Assembly: GCA_963778655.1 (NCBI GenBank)
Contig: CAVZVA010000005.1
Coordinates: 640,001 to 704,000 of the forward strand
DNA: 64,000 bases
From: an uncultured delta proteobacterium
Lineage (GTDB): Bacteria; Myxococcota_A; Polyangia; Polyangiales; JAFGIB01
Direction: 5' to 3'
Part shown: positions 61,530-64,000 of the stretch, piece after piece
Position numbering within the stretch: the stretch's first letter is position 1
Layout of the letters: every line of letters begins with the position of its first letter
Program-made: the position numbers and the translations under genes
Notes under the pieces: model-generated
Told to the model about the DNA's origin: nothing
What the model saw: the letters and a program-made list of their open reading frames with translations, nothing else
The model's database searches: none

Positions 61530-64000
61530 TCACACCCGAGAGACGCGCAACTGGGCGCGAAGGGTCTGGCCGAGCGCGCTCAAATAGGGTTCCGAGAGCG
61601 CACAACGTACGGTTTCGGCCAGCGCCGGGCAGCGTTCGCAGCCCAGCACGAATTGCTCTTCGCGCCCGAGGTCCAGGTCGGCGAGCTCGCTCTCGGTGGA
61701 CGCCAGCTGGCGCAGGGCTGCCCGCAGGCCGCCTGACGCGAGCAAGGCCGCGCGCGCGGCCACGGCGCGCGTGCGTGCGCGCAGACGCGGGTACTGCAGC
61801 GCCTCGGCGTTGCGCCGCAGGCTCTCTCCGAGCGTGCGTTGCTCGCGCGTGGGCACGTTCTGCCACAACGCGGCGACCAGCTCCTTGGAGGCGCTGCTGG
61901 GCGTGCCGCGCACCAGGCCCGGGGCGAAGGCTTGCAGCGACCCTTCCAACAGCGCGAAGGCATGCTCTGGCGGCAGCACGCCGCCGATGACGTGCTCGGG
62001 CCTGGCCAGCCACAGCGCGCGCGCCATGCCGTATTGCAGGCCGGCCCGCTCGTGAGCTTTCACGTGACCTGCCAGCACCGAAGGTGGATGGGTCGGCAGG
62101 GTTCGCGGGATGGCGCCCTGGGCGCTGGCCAGCACGTAGACAGGGACATCCGTCCGCTCCAGCGTGCGGGCCGCTTGCGCGTAGGCTTCCGCCAGCGGGC
62201 CCACCGAGATGCGGCTGATGCGATCGCGCTCGCTGAGGCTGTAGTTGCTGAGCGGGCTGCGGAAGCGCGCGATCACGCGCACGGAGTCCCACAGCACGCT
62301 CAGCAGGCGCTCGAGCTCGGGCGTGTGCCCCGGTCCGATCGCCTCGCGCAAGGCCTGACCTCGCCACACGCCCGAATGGTACTCGCTGTCGCGCGGCGCG
62401 CGGATCTCGGGATCGAAGCTTCCCAGCAGCTGCCGCAGCACGTACAGCGCGGCGGGGTGCTCGGCGTCTTGATAGGTGCGGTAGAGCTGACGCAGGCGCT
62501 CGATCGAGATCGGACCTTCCAGCAGAGACGCGCGTGCGTCGTCCTGGGCGCGGTCCGGATGCGTGCGGCTGGCGGCAGCCGAGCCGGCCGGGGTGGGTGG
62601 AGGCGGCGGCGGCGCGGCTATCGGCGGCGGCTCCGACTCGGGCTCCAAGTCCATGATCTCCGCTGCCAGGGCCGCGGCCGGCGGCGCTTGCTCGACGGTC
62701 TCTGGCGGCGCGGCCGGCGGCTCCTGCGCCACGACCTCTGGCTGGGCGGGCTGCGACTCGGCCGGCGCAGGCGGCGGAGAAGGCCGAGGCGAAGGGCCCG
62801 CGCGCCGCGCGCGTGCGAGCGCGGCGTTGCGTAGCGACTCGGCTTCCGCCTGCAGCGCGGCGGGCAGCTCTTCCTGGCGCGCGATGGCGAGCGCGGCCTC
62901 CGCCTGCTCGAGCGCCGCCTCGGCACGCGCGAGCCCGCTGCCGAGCACGGTGCACAAGCGCATCAGCACCCGTACCTTGTCCTCGCCGTTCCACAGCTGC
63001 GCCGCGCGCTGCTCGAGCTGCTCGGCCAGCTGCTGCAGCGCGTCGCGACCCGACTCGGCGTCGCGCGCGCGCAGCTCGAGCGCGGTCGCCAGCAGGCGCT
63101 CGTCGAGCTCCCCGCGCTCGGAGGCCGCGTTGGCCAGCAGCAGCAACGAGAAGCTGCGGGGCGCATCGCCGATCTGACGCGCGCACAGCTCCGCGGCCTC
63201 CACCAGCAAGCTGCAGCGAGCGCGGTTCTCGCGCACCTGGTCCGCGAGCCGCTCGTAACAGGGGATCAGGCGCGCGAGCTGCCCGGTCTGGCGTGCCACG
63301 CGCTGCAGTGCCTTGAACGCGGCCCCGCTGGTCGGCGCCAGCTCGAAAGCCGAGAGGTAGCGCTCGAGCGCCTGCTCCGGCAGGCCCGCGCGCTCGAGCC
63401 AGCGTCCGGCGCGGTAGACCAGGGCGCGGCGACCATGGGGCCCACAGGCCGCGGTGATCAACGCGTCGTAGGTCTGCATCGCGCAGTCGACGTCCTGCGT
63501 GGCCAGGGTCAACCGCTCGACCACCAACAAGGGCTCCGCGAACACCGGCCAGCGCAGCGCGGCGGCGCGCGCGATCTCGAGCGCCCGCGCCGGGTCGCCG
63601 GCGCGCGCCTCCGCGGTCAGCGCGCACCACAGGTGCACGCGGCTGGCGAGTGCTGCCGGACAGTCGTCGCCGATCGCGAGGCAGCGCTCGAGCGCCCAGT
63701 CCGCGTCGCCGAGCGAGAACAGCGCGCCGAGCGCGGCACGCACGGCCGTGATGTCGTCGCTGCCCGCGGCCACCAGCACGCGCACATAATGCTCGGCGCG
63801 CGGCAGCTCGTGCAGGCGCTGGCCGGCGACCGTCGCGAGCTCCAGCAGGAGCTCCCGGTGCCGGGCCGGGTCCTGCTCGCCCTCGGCCATCAGGGTGATG
63901 GCGGCGAGCAGGCGCGGGCCGTCGCCGCCGCCTGCGAACAGCTCGCGCAGCCGGGCCAGCACCTGCGCGGGCCGCGCCCCGCCCTCGAGCACGCGCAGCA
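61530..64000 (-). CDS. Large TPR-repeat protein, C-terminal part (5' end outside the window)
   Basis: TPR-like helices (YRAGRWLERAGLPEQALERYLSAFELAP), Pro-rich linker, C-terminal domain ending ALSEPYLSAL. Confidence 0.75.
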   Translation of the reverse strand, partial: LRVLEGGARPAQVLARLRELFAGGGDGPRLLAAITLMAEGEQDPARHRELLLELATVAGQRLHELPRAEHYVRVLVAAGSDDITAVRAALGALFSLGDADWALERCLAIGDDCPAALASRVHLWCALTAEARAGDPARALEIARAAALRWPVFAEPLLVVERLTLATQDVDCAMQTYDALITAACGPHGRRALVYRAGRWLERAGLPEQALERYLSAFELAPTSGAAFKALQRVARQTGQLARLIPCYERLADQVRENRARCSLLVEAAELCARQIGDAPRSFSLLLLANAASERGELDERLLATALELRARDAESGRDALQQLAEQLEQRAAQLWNGEDKVRVLMRLCTVLGSGLARAEAALEQAEAALAIARQEELPAALQAEAESLRNAALARARRAGPSPRPSPPPAPAESQPAQPEVVAQEPPAAPPETVEQAPPAAALAAEIMDLEPESEPPPIAAPPPPPPTPAGSAAASRTHPDRAQDDARASLLEGPISIERLRQLYRTYQDAEHPAALYVLRQLLGSFDPEIRAPRDSEYHSGVWRGQALREAIGPGHTPELERLLSVLWDSVRVIARFRSPLSNYSLSERDRISRISVGPLAEAYAQAARTLERTDVPVYVLASAQGAIPRTLPTHPPSVLAGHVKAHERAGLQYGMARALWLARPEHVIGGVLPPEHAFALLEGSLQAFAPGLVRGTPSSASKELVAALWQNVPTREQRTLGESLRRNAEALQYPRLRARTRAVAARAALLASGGLRAALRQLASTESELADLDLGREEQFVLGCERCPALAETVRCALSEPYLSALGQTLRAQLRVSRV

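Overview
Very GC-rich chromosomal segment. Gene content points to a myxobacterium, probably Polyangia: eukaryote-like Ser/Thr kinases, a giant kinase-sigma54 activator, HEAT/TPR lipoproteins and pilMNOPQ. It is mostly housekeeping: recD2, HNH nuclease, a MinD/FlhG-J-HTH fusion, maf-yggS, proC, pepP, a partial complex I operon (nuoA-B-C-G-H-I), a metB-like gene, EndoQ plus a broken UvrD remnant, ihfB, gshA, rsmA, a MoxR/DUF58/DUF4350 module, threonine dehydratase, a LysM-YcbK peptidase, HTH-pilMNOPQ and fused aroKB. I saw no rRNA, tRNA, CRISPR array, transposase or prophage. The most notable points are: (1) a set of uncharacterised envelope proteins (HEAT repeats, PQQ propeller-HEAT-TonB_C-like, LpoA-like) next to the MoxR module; (2) a dispersed family of palindromic REP-like elements with 8-bp periodic arms, plus two other palindromic elements; (3) a frameshifted, truncated EndoQ-UvrD fusion; (4) two identical GATC->GATTC +1 frameshifts that are probably sequencing artefacts; (5) several apparently leaderless genes; (6) an unannotated 56-aa ORF. 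Product calls come from motif recognition by eye; no database searches were run.
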